Source: Octopus vulgaris (taxonomy: Eukaryota). From it: a stretch of DNA of 64,000 bases. Position numbers and translations under genes: made by a program. The notes beneath the pieces were generated by a model, which saw only the letters and a program-made list of their open reading frames with translations, was not told the origin of the DNA and searched no databases. The stretch spans positions 113,832,001 to 113,896,000 of the forward strand of contig OX597821.1 in assembly GCA_951406725.2 (NCBI GenBank), in the 5' to 3' direction. Numbering within the stretch: position 1 is the first letter of the stretch; every line of letters begins with the position of its first letter. Shown here in pieces: positions 40,801-54,173 of the stretch.

Positions 40801-41280
40801 AATCGAATATTAACTGAACAAGTTGACAATATCACTCATGCAACAGAAGAATAACAATTGGTAAATCTGATGAGAAAAGGTTCGTGGTGTCGACATTTTG
40901 TTTGAATTCCTTGTTTGTTGACGATTTTCACTTCAAATTTCAAAGAGTAAATTTTATATAACCTCATATGTTTTCTGTATGGAAGTAAGGAGAACCAAAT
41001 AGACAGGTCATTGTACCTTTAACAGATGTGGGGTGTAATGGTTTACATTCTGTCGTGTTTCGGGGAAAATCTTGGAAACTTGAGTTCAACAGGCTTTCAG
41101 CAATATGTACTTCTTTATCTCGAATGTTGGTGTAGCTTCGTGATTGTTTTGTTTTCGCGGAAACAACTGAACCGTATCTAAGATGTTCTTCTTAGAGAAG
41201 TATAAGAATATACTGTACATTTGTAGGATCATGGGATCATTGGATCATTCAACGTAGAATTTGATAAAATATATATATAT

Positions 41281-41498
41281 TCTTTTACTATTTTACTCTT
41301 TTACTTGTTTCAGTCATTTGACTGCGGCCATGCTGGAGCACCGCCTTTAGTCGAGCAAATCGACCCCGGGACTTATTCTTTGTAAGCCCAGTACTTATTC
41401 TATCGGTCTCTTTTGCCGAACCGCTAAGTTACGGGGACGTAAACACACCAGCATCGGTTGTCATGCAATGCTAGGGGGACAAACACAGACACACAAAT

Positions 41499-41553
<55 letters not shown>

Positions 41554-41718
41554 TACGACAGGCTTCTTTCAGTTTCCGTCTACCAAATCCACTCACAAGG
41601 CATTGGTCGGCCCGGGGCTATAGCAGAAGACACTTGCCCAAGATGCCACGCAGTGGGACTGAACCCGGAACCATGTGGTTGGTTAGCAAGCTACTTACCA
41701 CACAGCCACTCCTGTGCC
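41281..41718 (-). mobile_element. SINE family 2, complete copy
   Basis: Reverse complement of 17171-17575. Confidence 0.9.
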
Positions 41719-41734
41719 TATGTGTATATATGTG

Positions 41735-41768
<34 letters not shown>

Positions 41769-42007
41769 TGTATGTGTGTGCGTGAGTGTATTTATATGTA
41801 ACATATGGTATAATTATACACAGGGCAAATTTTAGCCATATCTCTGCAAAATGGAAAAATGAACAACCATAATCGATTTTCGAACCTTATTGGGTTTTCG
41901 TAAGAGGTGTCCAAATCATTCTGACATTTTCCTGAGAAACAAGCAGCCAAATTGTTTATTTATATACATATATGCATACGCACATATATATATATATATA
42001 TATATGT

Positions 42008-42082
<75 letters not shown>

Positions 42083-42083
<1 letters not shown>

Positions 42084-42445
42084 TTTATTTAAAGCAGCAG
42101 AAAATTCAACAAAACTTGTTACTCTGAGTTTCACGTTCCCGTTCGTCGGACAGTTTTTGCTAGAATAGAACCGATATGTCAATTCTATCCAGACTAGTAT
42201 AAACGCTACACCTTTAAAAATGGACTTGTTTGATTGGTCCTTTAAAGGTGTAGCGTTTATACTAGTCTGGATAGGATTGACATATCGGTTCTATTCTAGC
42301 AAAAACTGTCCGATGGACGGGAACGTGAAACTCAGAGTAACAGGTTTTGTTGAATTTTCTGGTGCTTTAAATAAAGCATATTACACTACCACTGGTATTT
42401 GAGTACGCTTTTTTCCACCTTGTTTCACATTTATGTGTTTACTAC

Positions 42446-42447
<2 letters not shown>
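42083..42447. mobile_element. PLE fold-back remnant in (TA)n
   Basis: Inverted arms 42083-42208 and 42241-42376, a ~70-nt tail, and a hammerhead motif in the arms. Confidence 0.8.
42116..42153 (-). ncRNA. Minimal hammerhead-like motif, C4 core variant (plus-strand copy 42306-42343)
   Basis: ctgt-CCGACGA-acgggaacgt-GAAA-ctcagag-TA-acaa; the plus copy reads CCGATGG...TA-acag. Confidence 0.65.
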
Positions 42448-42515
<68 letters not shown>

Positions 42516-42618
42516 TATATACATATGCATATTTATACATATATGTATGTTTATATATATATATATACATATATATACAAATTTATATATATATATATAC
42601 ACACACATAGATATACAC

Positions 42619-42659
<41 letters not shown>

Positions 42660-42763
42660 AGATGTATATATACATATATATACATTTTATATATATATAT
42701 ATATATAAATATATATATATATTTAATAGATAAATATAAACTCATAGATACACACACATATAA

Positions 42764-42982
42764 TAAGGTGGTCCAAAAGTAGGTTTACAGTTATTCAATT
42801 ATCTCTTTCGCATCAATATATTAACGGTTTAGATCTTGATTATAAAAAAAATATGAAACCATTATTCTATGTTAATTTAATTAATTTAGTTAATTGTAAG
42901 ATAAAAATTTAAATGTAATAAAATGTTTTAAAGCAAATATAAAGTGCCTACGGGATAGCTGTAGACCTACTTTGGGGCCATC

Positions 42983-42985
<3 letters not shown>
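42764..42985. mobile_element. Decayed Tc1/mariner-type MITE
   Basis: Imperfect ~30-bp TIRs (ggtccaaaagtaggtttacag / ctgtagacctactttggggcc); TA at the right end. Confidence 0.62.
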
Positions 42986-43045
<60 letters not shown>

Positions 43046-43147
43046 AAAACGTTGAAAGATTTAAAAGGCCAAACAATGCAAATAGATTTTAAGATGAGGT
43101 AACGTAAACTAAAAGTAAGTTACCTGATAATCTTTGGTCGTATATGT

Positions 43148-43188
43148 ATCCAATATTTCGGGACATACAAGTCCCTTCTTCAGGGTTA
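43148..43188 (-). ncRNA. Hammerhead-like motif in a PLE remnant (43046-43300) flanked by (TA)n
   Basis: acc-CTGAAGA-a-gggac ttgtat gtccc-GAAA-tatt-ggat; the element has a 19-bp inverted repeat at 43048-43066 and 43242-43260. Confidence 0.55.
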
Positions 43189-43297
43189 AAAAGGAACTGT
43201 CCTTGGAAAGATGTTTTTGTCGGAGATAAAATAATTCTAGATTTTAAATCTTTCAACGTTATATTCCATATACAATGCTTCAAGCAAACTATAAAAT

Positions 43298-43351
<54 letters not shown>

Positions 43352-44669
43352 TTCTCACGATTTTGATACCTGCAAGAGGGTAGTAGGTGTTCGCCTCCCC
43401 TATTAACAATATATTATACATAAAGAGTGCAGAGTCGCACCGATAACCAGCTGGCGGAGAATGTGCCTGGGGTTAAACTAGTATTAACATTTAACAGCCA
43501 CTTTGATGTGGTGACTGGTTTTATTGTTTAGTACAGTTACTACTCTGGTCTCAAGACTAAATGTAGCAGGTATAATAGACAATTTTTACTTGTCAGAAAT
43601 ATCAATGCTTTAATTCGCATCACCACTGTTAATGACACTTTTATTTCGGTGTTCCAATTCTCTGAATCGCTTTGTAGTTTGCATCACAGCCATATATGGT
43701 GAGTCGTCCCTTAACATTACGCTAAAAACCTTTAATCGAATTGGATAAATCAATCAAAATGCTCTCTGGTGAATATCTGAATAATAAGAATAAAATATTT
43801 TACAATGCATCACAATTTCTTGATGATGTAAGCTATGAGCAGTTGACCATCGTTTTAACATATGTAAGTCAGCACAACGAAAGTCTTACTGGTGAATCAC
43901 AAAATCATGTCTTGCTAGGTTACACTAAAGAACAACCATAAAACTATTTAATAACTTTGCTTTGTAAATTCTTGAACTTCAGAGATAATTCATTACGTAG
44001 TCATCTTCAGTACGAATTGTACTTGTAAATGATATGGTGGTTACTCAGAAATTGGTGTTGAACTGAAAGAAACACACAGATACATAAAGACGCCTTTTAT
44101 ATCGTCTTCGCCATTTTCATTAGATTTTTACTATATTCTTATAACTCTGCATTAATTTGAAGCATTGAAACGTTCCAAGCAATTAATTTTACAATTCGCT
44201 TTCACAATACGTAGGTCACATGCCTACAACCGTTAAAGCATGGACAAATATTTTGATTTTAACGACACTTTTAGAGGATTCTCGGTTATTTAAAGAATAA
44301 GACTGCTGTGCCCCACCGCAGTTAAATAAATATTTTATTAGAGCAGTGTTGTCTAAGAAAATAATGATTTCATTTAGACGCATTGAAATCACTTGGTAAA
44401 TAGGAATAGAATAATAATTATCCGATAACACGACAAAGCAAGCCTCTGAAACAACTAAAACACTTGCCAATTCCATTTATATTAGCTCTGAATGAGTTTA
44501 GAAGCTATGTCAACACTTGCAAGATATTAAAAATAACGTAGATATTTTGGAAGTAGCAAACAGATGGTACTTTTTGATTGCTATTAAAAAAATAACATGG
44601 TTTCAATGATTGTAATAATGCACGTACATAAATATAGGGATTGTCAAAAGTACATCACATCATAGAATC

Positions 44670-44736
<67 letters not shown>

Positions 44737-44832
44737 AAGACAGGGGAAACGTAGTATTAATGAAAAAGGATGTAAAGATATCGTTCACATTTCAATTTAC
44801 TTTTTTGCAGTTTCAGAATATTTTCATAGGAC

Positions 44833-44881
<49 letters not shown>

Positions 44882-44901
44882 ACTATTTTATGTTATTTGT
44901 C

Positions 44902-44932
<31 letters not shown>

Positions 44933-46504
44933 TGTATGTATGTATGTATCTATCTATCTATCTATCTATCTCTGTTTCTGTGTATTTAAGCTATATCACG
45001 TGTGTCATGTAAAATTCAAGATGAATTTTAACAATATATCGTAACAGAAAAATTAGTTAATCTCAAAACTAATCTTAATTTTGAGTTCTTTTGCTCCAAA
45101 CCACGAGGCATAGAAAACGGTTCATTGTTTGGTGGCAGGTTATCTCCTAGGTTTCATTGCAGTTTAAACAATATTAATTTTTTCTTTTTGAGATACCATA
45201 CATTTCAACCAGAATTCCTGAATACACACCAAATAAAGTAACCAGATATAAATTAATACACATGGGTGCTTTATATCGGGTCTATTTGTCAGCAACAATC
45301 GTAACAGCTTATGTTAAAAGTATTAAGCTTCAGCTATACAATCCACAGTCAATAACATTAACTTTACATCAACACAAAATCCATTTTATCTCGTATCTAC
45401 ATCTTCAGAGCATTTATCCGTTCTTTTCGAAAATTTTATCAAATTCTATGAAGGAAGTTGTACATTACATATATCTTTCATAGACATAATAAAAACGGCC
45501 ATCTTAAATTTCACAACATATACTTAAATACCTAGAACAGTAGAATGTTTAAAATACATTTTTAGCTATCATTAGCAGCAAGAAAAATACATAGAAATAC
45601 GTCTGAATGCTTTTCTTTGTACCTAATTTAATATTTCGTTCCTATTCCCAATTGATTTATCGTATTACATATTTAGTGGTGAGATGTAGATGAGGTTTCT
45701 CCAATTAAAGTGAGCTCAATATCCGTTTGTAATTCCTGGTTAAAGCTATAAAATTTTCATTAACTTCATTGGTGTTTTTGGAAATACGTAAGCATCACTT
45801 TTTCTCTTCTCTGAAAGGCTTGAGCATGCAGAGTAACGGCGTACGTTTTCAGTAAGTCCGGTATATGTCGGTTACCGATATGCAAGTGTTATGTAGCATG
45901 ACGTGACTGAAGAACAGTTCTGAATCAAATCGTTTCTGTTTTGAGCAGCAAAATCTGGATTGCAAGAAGTCTGGCGCTTGTTTTTGATTTCTGAAGCATT
46001 AAGAAGATTAGAGAGATATCTCCGCCTGGATAGTGCACTGGTCTATCAGATATTCTTTTCGTTGCAAGGTCATGCAAAACATCATATTATCCATTAAATT
46101 TGCTCCAGTTACGTGACCTAATGTTATTTATATATTCAAATGATTAAGCACTGATGTTGTTGTAAGTTACTCATTACTACTGTTTACAGGATACGAACCA
46201 GAATACGCTCGGCTGGTTGTCTGGAACTCTATCCTCTGAGTCATTCACATTCTGTAGATATGAATAACTTGCTTGAATGCGTACATGATTATGCACAAAT
46301 AATCTTCGTCATCATCATAATAATGATCATTCTCGTCATTAGCATTTATTATTGAGCTGGCAGAATCGTTAGCACGCCGGGCGGAATGCTTAGCAGTATT
46401 TCACCAGCCGCTACGTTCTGAGTTCAAATTCCGCCGAGGTCGACTTTGCCTTTCATCTTAAGTACCAGTTACGCACTTGGGTCTATGTAACCGACTGAAT
46501 CCGT

Positions 46505-47090
46505 TTCTGGCCGTGCCAAGGAGGCAAACCTTTTGTAACAGTTCTATTGGGTCCTCTATTCCAATTACCTTTATATTCCCCTTGATGCCTTCTGATACTG
46601 TTCCCAAGGGCCCAACAATAATTGGCACTATCTTCACCTTCTTCATTTTCCATAGCCGGGCTATTTCATATATAAGAGGCTTGTATCTATCTATCTTTTC
46701 GCCTTCCTTCTTGGCTATTCATGGGTCAAAGGAGCATGCAACATCAACTATATAGCATTTGTGATACCCGTTGTCCATCACCACTAAGTCCGGTCTGTTA
46801 TGATCAAGCACCTGATCTGTTTGAATTCGGAAACGCCAGGGGATTTTGCTAGTCTCTAGCTCCGCCACTCTCTGCGGTTTGTACTCGTATCACGTCTTGC
46901 CGCTCTCTAGATCCCACTTTTCGCACAGTTTCCCATGTAGCACTCTCGCTACCTGGTCGTGTCACCACAACTTGTAGCGGTTTTGTGCAACTTTAGGGAA
47001 TCCGTCCGTGATATGGGCAATGGTTTCATCCACTCTGTTGCAGATGCGACGCAGCGGGGACACTTGCTCATTCCTAAAGTTGACACTCCA
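46505..47090 (-). mobile_element. R4/Dong-like non-LTR retrotransposon fragment (decayed zinc knuckle and restriction-like endonuclease)
   Basis: RICNRVDETIAHI...HDQVARVLH...IQTDQVLDHNRPDLVV...CYIVDVAC...EKIDRYKPL...IVPIIVGPLG...LQKVCLLGTAR with in-frame stops; abuts (TAA)n. Confidence 0.87.
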
Positions 47091-47145
<55 letters not shown>

Positions 47146-47147
<2 letters not shown>

Positions 47148-47264
47148 TAGTATATTTTTTAAGGCGTGCTTTCACTTCACTACCGAGCGCAGCTCTGTGT
47201 GCCTTGGGTATGTGCTGTGATTTGTTGTGATGCTCTGATGGTTATTGTATGGAAAGTGTTCTGC

Positions 47265-47267
<3 letters not shown>
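47146..47267 (-). mobile_element. Probable extreme 3' end of an R4/Dong-like element inside (TAA)n
   Basis: ~120-bp unique segment with (ATT)n on both sides; reads ...RRTLSIQ* followed by a short UTR. Confidence 0.55.
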
Positions 47268-47319
<52 letters not shown>

Positions 47320-47332
47320 CATTATTATTATT

Positions 47333-47409
<77 letters not shown>

Positions 47410-47459
47410 TATATTGCATTTAATTTAATTAGTAGGGATATTGTCTTAAGAATTGGTGA

Positions 47460-47705
47460 CAACGTGCCTCTTCAAATCTCAAGAACCTTTCTTGAGATTC
47501 TTGCCAGATACAAGATTGAACTTTTCTGATAAGAAGACAATATGCTCAATCCCAATATCCTGCAGCTTTTAACGGTAGACACTTTGGGTGCTGTACCAAC
47601 CACGAGCCAATCACCACGGGAACAACTGCCACCTTTGCGTTCTGTAGTCTTTTCTTCTGTCTGGCTACGTTCTGATGGTTTTCCAGTTTCCTCGGTTATT
47701 TCTAA
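47460..47705 (-). mobile_element. Older R4/Dong-like endonuclease C-terminal remnant
   Basis: KVAVVPVVIG ... QKSSILYLARI.RKVLEI* read across frameshifts. Confidence 0.55.
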
Positions 47706-48207
47706 ATCATCATCATCATCATCATTATGAATGCAATTACATAATATTGAAGAACAAAAGCTTTTGGTGCATCTTCCAAGCTATGACATAAAAATTTTCG
47801 CTCTTGAATTATTTGTATGCAGCAGATTGTCGGCAAAATTAACAATAAACTGGAAAAATCTTTGATTTCAAGCAGCAGACAGAACATTGAGATATGATAC
47901 TGAAAAGATCATATTTCATTGAACTATTGACTAGTGTCCTTTAGATTTAAAATGAAACAAATTGATATCGTTTATATGATGTTCGACAGTTTGTATTTTC
48001 TAGATATGTCTAAAAGATACCTATGTATAGAGCGTTAAATAAGGACTTTGATATCCCTGATTACATACACAGGCACTGAGTGCACTGCTGTTTTGAATAT
48101 TTCTGCAAGTATGAGCAAGACTATGATGGGCATCGTCCGCTGATCTTCCACGCAGCACATGAAGACAAAATCTCACGAACACTTTTACGACTAACGGGTT
48201 ATATAAC

Positions 48208-48612
48208 TTGGCAGAAACGTTAGCGTGCCGGGCGAAATGCTTAGCGGTATTTCGTCTGTCGATACGTTCTAAGTTCAAATTCCGTCGAGGTCGACTTTGC
48301 CTTTTATTCTTTCGGGGTCGATAAATATAGTACCAGTTTCGTACTGGGGTCGATATAATCGACTTAATCCCTTTGTCTGTCCTTGTTTGTCCTCTCTGTG
48401 TTTAGCTCCTTGTGGGTAGTAAAGAAATAGGTATTTTGTCTGCCGTTACGTTCTGAGTTCAAATTCCGCCGAGGTCGACTTAGCCTTTCATCCCTTCGGG
48501 GTCGATAAATTAAGTACCAGTTTCGCACTGGGGTCGATGTAATCGACTTAATCCCTTTGTCTGTCCTTGTTTATCCCCTCTATGTTTATCCCCTTGTGGG
48601 CAATAAAGAAAT
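48208..48612 (+). mobile_element. SINE family 1, tandem dimer
   Basis: Reverse complement of the arrangement at 600-1015. Confidence 0.88.
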
Positions 48613-48914
48613 ATATATAACTTACACGCACGTAAGTCTGAGATGAGTAATATATTCTAGACATTAAAAAACTTTATGTCATTATACTTACGGCAACAAA
48701 ACTATATCTATATCACAGAATGAGAGAAGCAATAATTATATTTTCTGTCGTTATGTTGGCAAAAATAATCCAAGAATGAATTATGTTTAATTCAATATGT
48801 AATGTAAGAGATGAATAAGTTATACCAGGAAATTTTATATTTCACTTATACAAACCTGTTATAATACTCCCGCGTGAGTTCTATTAAACACATACCTACA
48901 TACGTATATACGTA

Positions 48915-49060
<146 letters not shown>

Positions 49061-49158
49061 GTTGAGGTGTATTCAGTTAAGAACCTATTAGATTCAAAGG
49101 ACCCAACTGGATGTGATAGCATCGAAATCAAACATTCATTTACGGAGACAGCGATTAT

Positions 49159-49274
49159 ATATCACCTGAGGAAATACAACTAGGTCCTATTATACAGGTA
49201 AACAGTTACTTAATTTAAATTTAAATCCAGCATATATGTGGATCTATGTTGTGTCGAAACACGTGTAGTGATAT
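49159..49274 (+). ncRNA. Type I hammerhead ribozyme with long loop II
   Basis: atatcac-CTGAGGA-aatacaac...gttgtgtc-GAAA-cacgtg-TA-gtgatat: 7-bp stem I and palindromic stem III; lies ~100 nt from a (TA)n tract. Confidence 0.78.
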
Positions 49275-49741
49275 TTAAACGGCTGTCGAATCGTAGTCCC
49301 TGTTCCTTTTGACTCTATTTATTCCCTCCTTTTTATATACACACACACATATAATGGACTCTCCTACATTACCTGTACAGGTACAACATACGTCACCGGA
49401 TGAAGAAATGATCGCAGAGCAACGTGAAATGAAGTGCTTTGCTCAAGAACACAACGCAACGCTCGGTCTGGGAATCGGACTCCCGATCTTGTAATCGTGA
49501 GTGCAACACCTTAACCACTAAGCCATGCGCCTTCACTATATATAGAGATGAGTGAGAGAGAGAGGGGGGAGATAGATAGATAGAAATATATACATAGAGA
49601 ATTAATATGGTTCGCAATGTGCAGAAATATCTATTTCTATAGATATTGTATATTGATAGAATATACAAATATGCAAATATGCACGTATGTACGTACGCAC
49701 ATTAAACGGATTATAATGTATTTCTATATTATGATAATATT

Positions 49742-50013
49742 CAATGTAAAGTATACTAGCCATCTCAATATGGCTAACCACTAACACTGGGTGTTACTGT
49801 AGCTTATAGCCCCAGGAGATCATCGTCTCCAGCTGGCTTTAGGCACACTTTCTGTGCCCTTATGGTATTTGCAAAGGGAGGTCATCCCTTTGTGTGCCTA
49901 AAGCCAGCTGGAGACGATGATCTCCTGGGGCTACAAGCTACAGTAACACCCACCCTTAGTGGTTAGCCATATTGAGATGGCTAGTATACTTTACATTGTC
50001 GTGCAGTTACTGT
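49742..50013. mobile_element. Fold-back PLE-type remnant carrying the conserved structured module
   Basis: Inverted arms 49742-49848 and 49891-49998; shares agccagctggagacgat...tctcctggggcta with 8221-8252. Confidence 0.7.
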
Positions 50014-50226
50014 TTACATCTCGGTCAGAGATTTATTATTGATAATATTCTGATGTAGAAAAAACAAATTATTTTCCTTTTCCGACCACATATTTCTATT
50101 TGTAATTAAAAATCTCACCCCACCCAAATTAAAAAACATAAAAAATATCTACTAAATAATAAAAAGAATTACAATTATTTTTATCTATTAACCTAATGTT
50201 TAAAGATGAGGAATTGTTTAACATTT

Positions 50227-50267
50227 ACATCTAGACTATATTTCGATTGCCGATCGTCATCAGGTGT
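50227..50267 (-). ncRNA. Degenerate hammerhead-like motif
   Basis: acac-CTGATGA-cgatcggcaatc-GAAA-tatagtctag-atgt; stems I and III imperfect. Confidence 0.4.
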
Positions 50268-51265
50268 CTTATTTCCTTTATATCTAAACTGAGAGTAATA
50301 ATGTTCTTTTCGTTTAGTCCCCAGGAAGGCATACTTCTTATTAACAACAACTTATCTGAGATATTCAAACACTCAGCTACTTAATATTAGATATTCACAC
50401 TCGAACCTACAAGAACATATTAAGAAGGAATAGATACGTTATTGATAAAGAAAAAGTTGTTTGCTTGTATTTTACATGGCAAAGAGACTCTTTATTTTGT
50501 AGACAAAAAGAAAAAAACTTTAACGTCTTAAATTGTTTCAAGTACGTTAGTTGCATAAGTGAAAAGGATCATTATCGATTGGGAATTGGTCTCATCTTAC
50601 AGAAGCTTAACTCTTCTTATGTGATATCCAACAAAATATCATTTGCTTCTGTAAAATTCACTGTCTTCTTTCAAATAATTTGATCGATGTAAAGCTTAAA
50701 TTTCTTATCTATTTTTGTGGGGAATGCAAAGACAATAATTTCAGCAAAAATTTCCGAACAATATAAAAAGAAAATACAATGGCGGTATATTTGACATTTT
50801 ACCTGTATCGATAGCAAAGAGAAACTGAAAATAAAAGAGCATAAAATTTGCTACAATGTGTCAGTGAAAGCGTGCGTGTGTTGTGCAATAATGAGAGAAA
50901 AAAATAATTGTGTTGTGAAGATAATTGTGATGAAAAATATTGTGACGTGAAAATTGTGAAATAATTGTGAAATAATTGTGTTGAAACCAGAGAAATATTA
51001 TTTCTGTGAAAATATATTTGTGTCAAAAAATTGCTGTGTGAGGATAAATGTGATGAAACATAAATAGTGCCGAGTTATTTGATGCTGTGAATATATATAT
51101 TATTGAAAAGCAAGTGTCTTGTATTTTGTGCAGCTGGATTCCATCTGTGAAAAGTAAGATTCTGCTGTAAAAAAAATAACAGTGCAATCATAATGCTTAG
51201 TAAGGAAATTTTCGAGTAGTGCCTTCATACCTTATCTTATTTTGATGCACACACACAAACACGCA

Positions 51266-51348
<83 letters not shown>

Positions 51349-51466
51349 ATATATATATATATATATATATACAGGGTATGTTAACCTCGTAAAGGGATGG
51401 TTGCATCCAAGGAAATACAATACCTACTATTGTTAACTTCTTTATCTCCATTTTCTTTCCTTCCTT

Positions 51467-51517
<51 letters not shown>

Positions 51518-51995
51518 TCACAAATTTGTTTCTGCCTTAATTGTAAATCGTTAGAGAGATGACAATGATCACTGTCTTATATAATGGGCGACGATGTAGA
51601 TGAAGAAAATTTAAATCCGTACATTTACTTGGAAATCTTTCAACGGTTTTGTCCCATAAAAATAGTATACTGACTCCTCTCTTGAGCAGCATTGAATTGA
51701 ATATACTTACTTTATTCTAAAATGTATTAATACACATTTTAATGGTTTTATATTCATACTCTATTCCCACCTTTATTATCTTTCCTATTTACTTTATTTA
51801 ATTTTCGTCGTTGCCCATTATATTAACAATAAAATATTTTACATTGTCATTTTTTTAATGCTCTGACGATTTTTAATCAAGAAATAAAGAAATTTGCAAA
51901 CATTCCTCAAAATATTCGCTGCCAAGTTCCCCCAAGTTTTAGACATCTCCATTCCGATTGCAGCTTCTCTTGACATTTCGAACATATAAATTATA

Positions 51996-52253
<258 letters not shown>

Positions 52254-53000
52254 AAAAATTAGCAATGATTCTATTTAGACCGTGATAATTATTACTTACG
52301 CCAATTTCTAATTCTCTGGGAAGAACTCAGGATTATATTATCGATAATGTAAGAAAATAATAAGCCTGGAGTGATAGGCTATAATAAAATGTGTATAATG
52401 CGTACACCACCCATAGCCTAATTGATAATCACGCAAATGAAGCGAGGTTTATCAATTGAACATAGAATACGTCTCCAATTGAATTGTCGTACCTTTGTAA
52501 TATATATTGATAAGCTTCTCAAGCTGAATATTCAACGTGGTTAAAATGATTTAAATTATCCAATTTAATTTTATAAGACTTTAATAGTATGTGCTTGTGC
52601 TAAAGTTTGTTTTCATTAATTAGATGCTAAACGGCAGAGAAAACAAATAGGAAATTGGAAAGCGTAAAATAGTATATAGAATATAATTAAGAACTCTTAA
52701 AGTCTAAAAGAGGTGCAGAGAGAGAATTAATTATCGGGGGGTATAGTCGCACTCGAAGGGAAATGGTTGGTTCGCGAAAAGAATAATTTAAATGATATGT
52801 ATCGGATTCTATCTTAGAGCCGAAAGGAAAATCCAGGAAACATACTTCTAATTACGAGAGTGGTTATATTTTGTCCAATTAAAATGTTACACAATGAGAA
52901 ACAAGGTACGGCAACATTTTAATTTCTACTCTGTCATTATCAATTATCATGGATAAAACGCATTATCTACTCAGAATTTGCACTCCAAAGTATATATATA

Positions 53001-53072
<72 letters not shown>

Positions 53073-53085
53073 TTATATACATACA

Positions 53086-53127
<42 letters not shown>

Positions 53128-53306
53128 AACATATGCATATATACACACATATATATATACATGTATATATACATATACATATATATATACATACAAACAT
53201 ATATATATATATAAACATATATATACATATATACATATACATATATGTATACATGTATATATACATATATATATATATACATATATACATATACATATAT
53301 GTATAC

Positions 53307-53359
<53 letters not shown>

Positions 53360-54110
53360 TATACATATTATATGCATATATATACACATATATATATACA
53401 CATACATACATAATATATATATATATATACATACATAAACATATATACATATAGTTATATATGTGTGTGTGCGTGTGTGTGTGTGTTCGTGTGTTAATCG
53501 TATAGCATCGCAGAAAAAAACAAACGACAGGAGCCAGGCTAAAGTAGGATTCTTAAATCTCGTAATGTTTGATATAATCTGACTTGAACTTTACAAAAAA
53601 AAAAAAACTTTTATATGTATTTGAATTCATATGAGAATTCATTTTTTATTTTCATTTAGAAACGATGGTAATAGAAGCTTAGATTATAAAGATGTTAAGG
53701 GGCGAAGAAATAATTTTCCTTTCTTTTCCTCTTAGATCAATTTTAAAAATAAACACTGGAACATATGTAAAATCTGTTTTCATAGCATAATTTATTATTT
53801 ATTGTTTTTTTTCTTAAATGCTATTATTGCTTAGATTAAACTCCTAATAGTCTATATTGTGTTACGTTTCCACTGCGTTTGGTATCTAGAGAATTACATT
53901 TCTTTGGAGCACATTTCAAGCTAGTTGAGTCATTTACTGACGTTGTTTATAAAATCTATTATTGTTATTACTATATAATAATAATAAATAAATAAAAAAA
54001 AAGGATGTGCAAGGTCAACCTGACCAGCATTAATAACCCACTCCAGTTATTGATCAGCTGGTATTATTCTGAGTAATATAATACGGACAAAATGAAACAT
54101 CCCCACTCAC

Positions 54111-54173
54111 CTCCTCTTTATCAGTCTCCTCCTCCTCCTCCTCCTCCTCCTCATCCTCATCCACATCTTCTGA
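54111..54173 (-). CDS. Probable collagen linker exon, highly acidic: SEDVDEDEEEEEEEEETDKEE
   Basis: 63 nt, phase 0-0. Pyrimidine-rich tract with caacag acceptor and consensus GAG|gtgagt donor. In frame between the TSPN exon and the CxxxCP exon. Confidence 0.62.

Noticed and set aside
40867-40910. CTGATGA as another hammerhead
   Set aside because: No GAAA and no convincing stems I or II.
50803-50824. 22-nt minus-strand micro-exon candidate (ttttcag|...CAG|gtaaaa)
   Set aside because: Length is not a multiple of 3 in an all-phase-0 gene; no peptide support. Could only be a poison exon, which needs RNA data.
50830-51160. Possible plus-strand promoter and first exon (TCAGT, TGTG-rich tract, gtaaga donor)
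   Set aside because: Such short motifs arise by chance in AT-rich DNA, and no downstream exon or ORF was found.
52300-52378. 79-nt minus-strand exon candidate ending in gtaagt
   Set aside because: Frame-breaking, with no similarity to collagen linker sequence.
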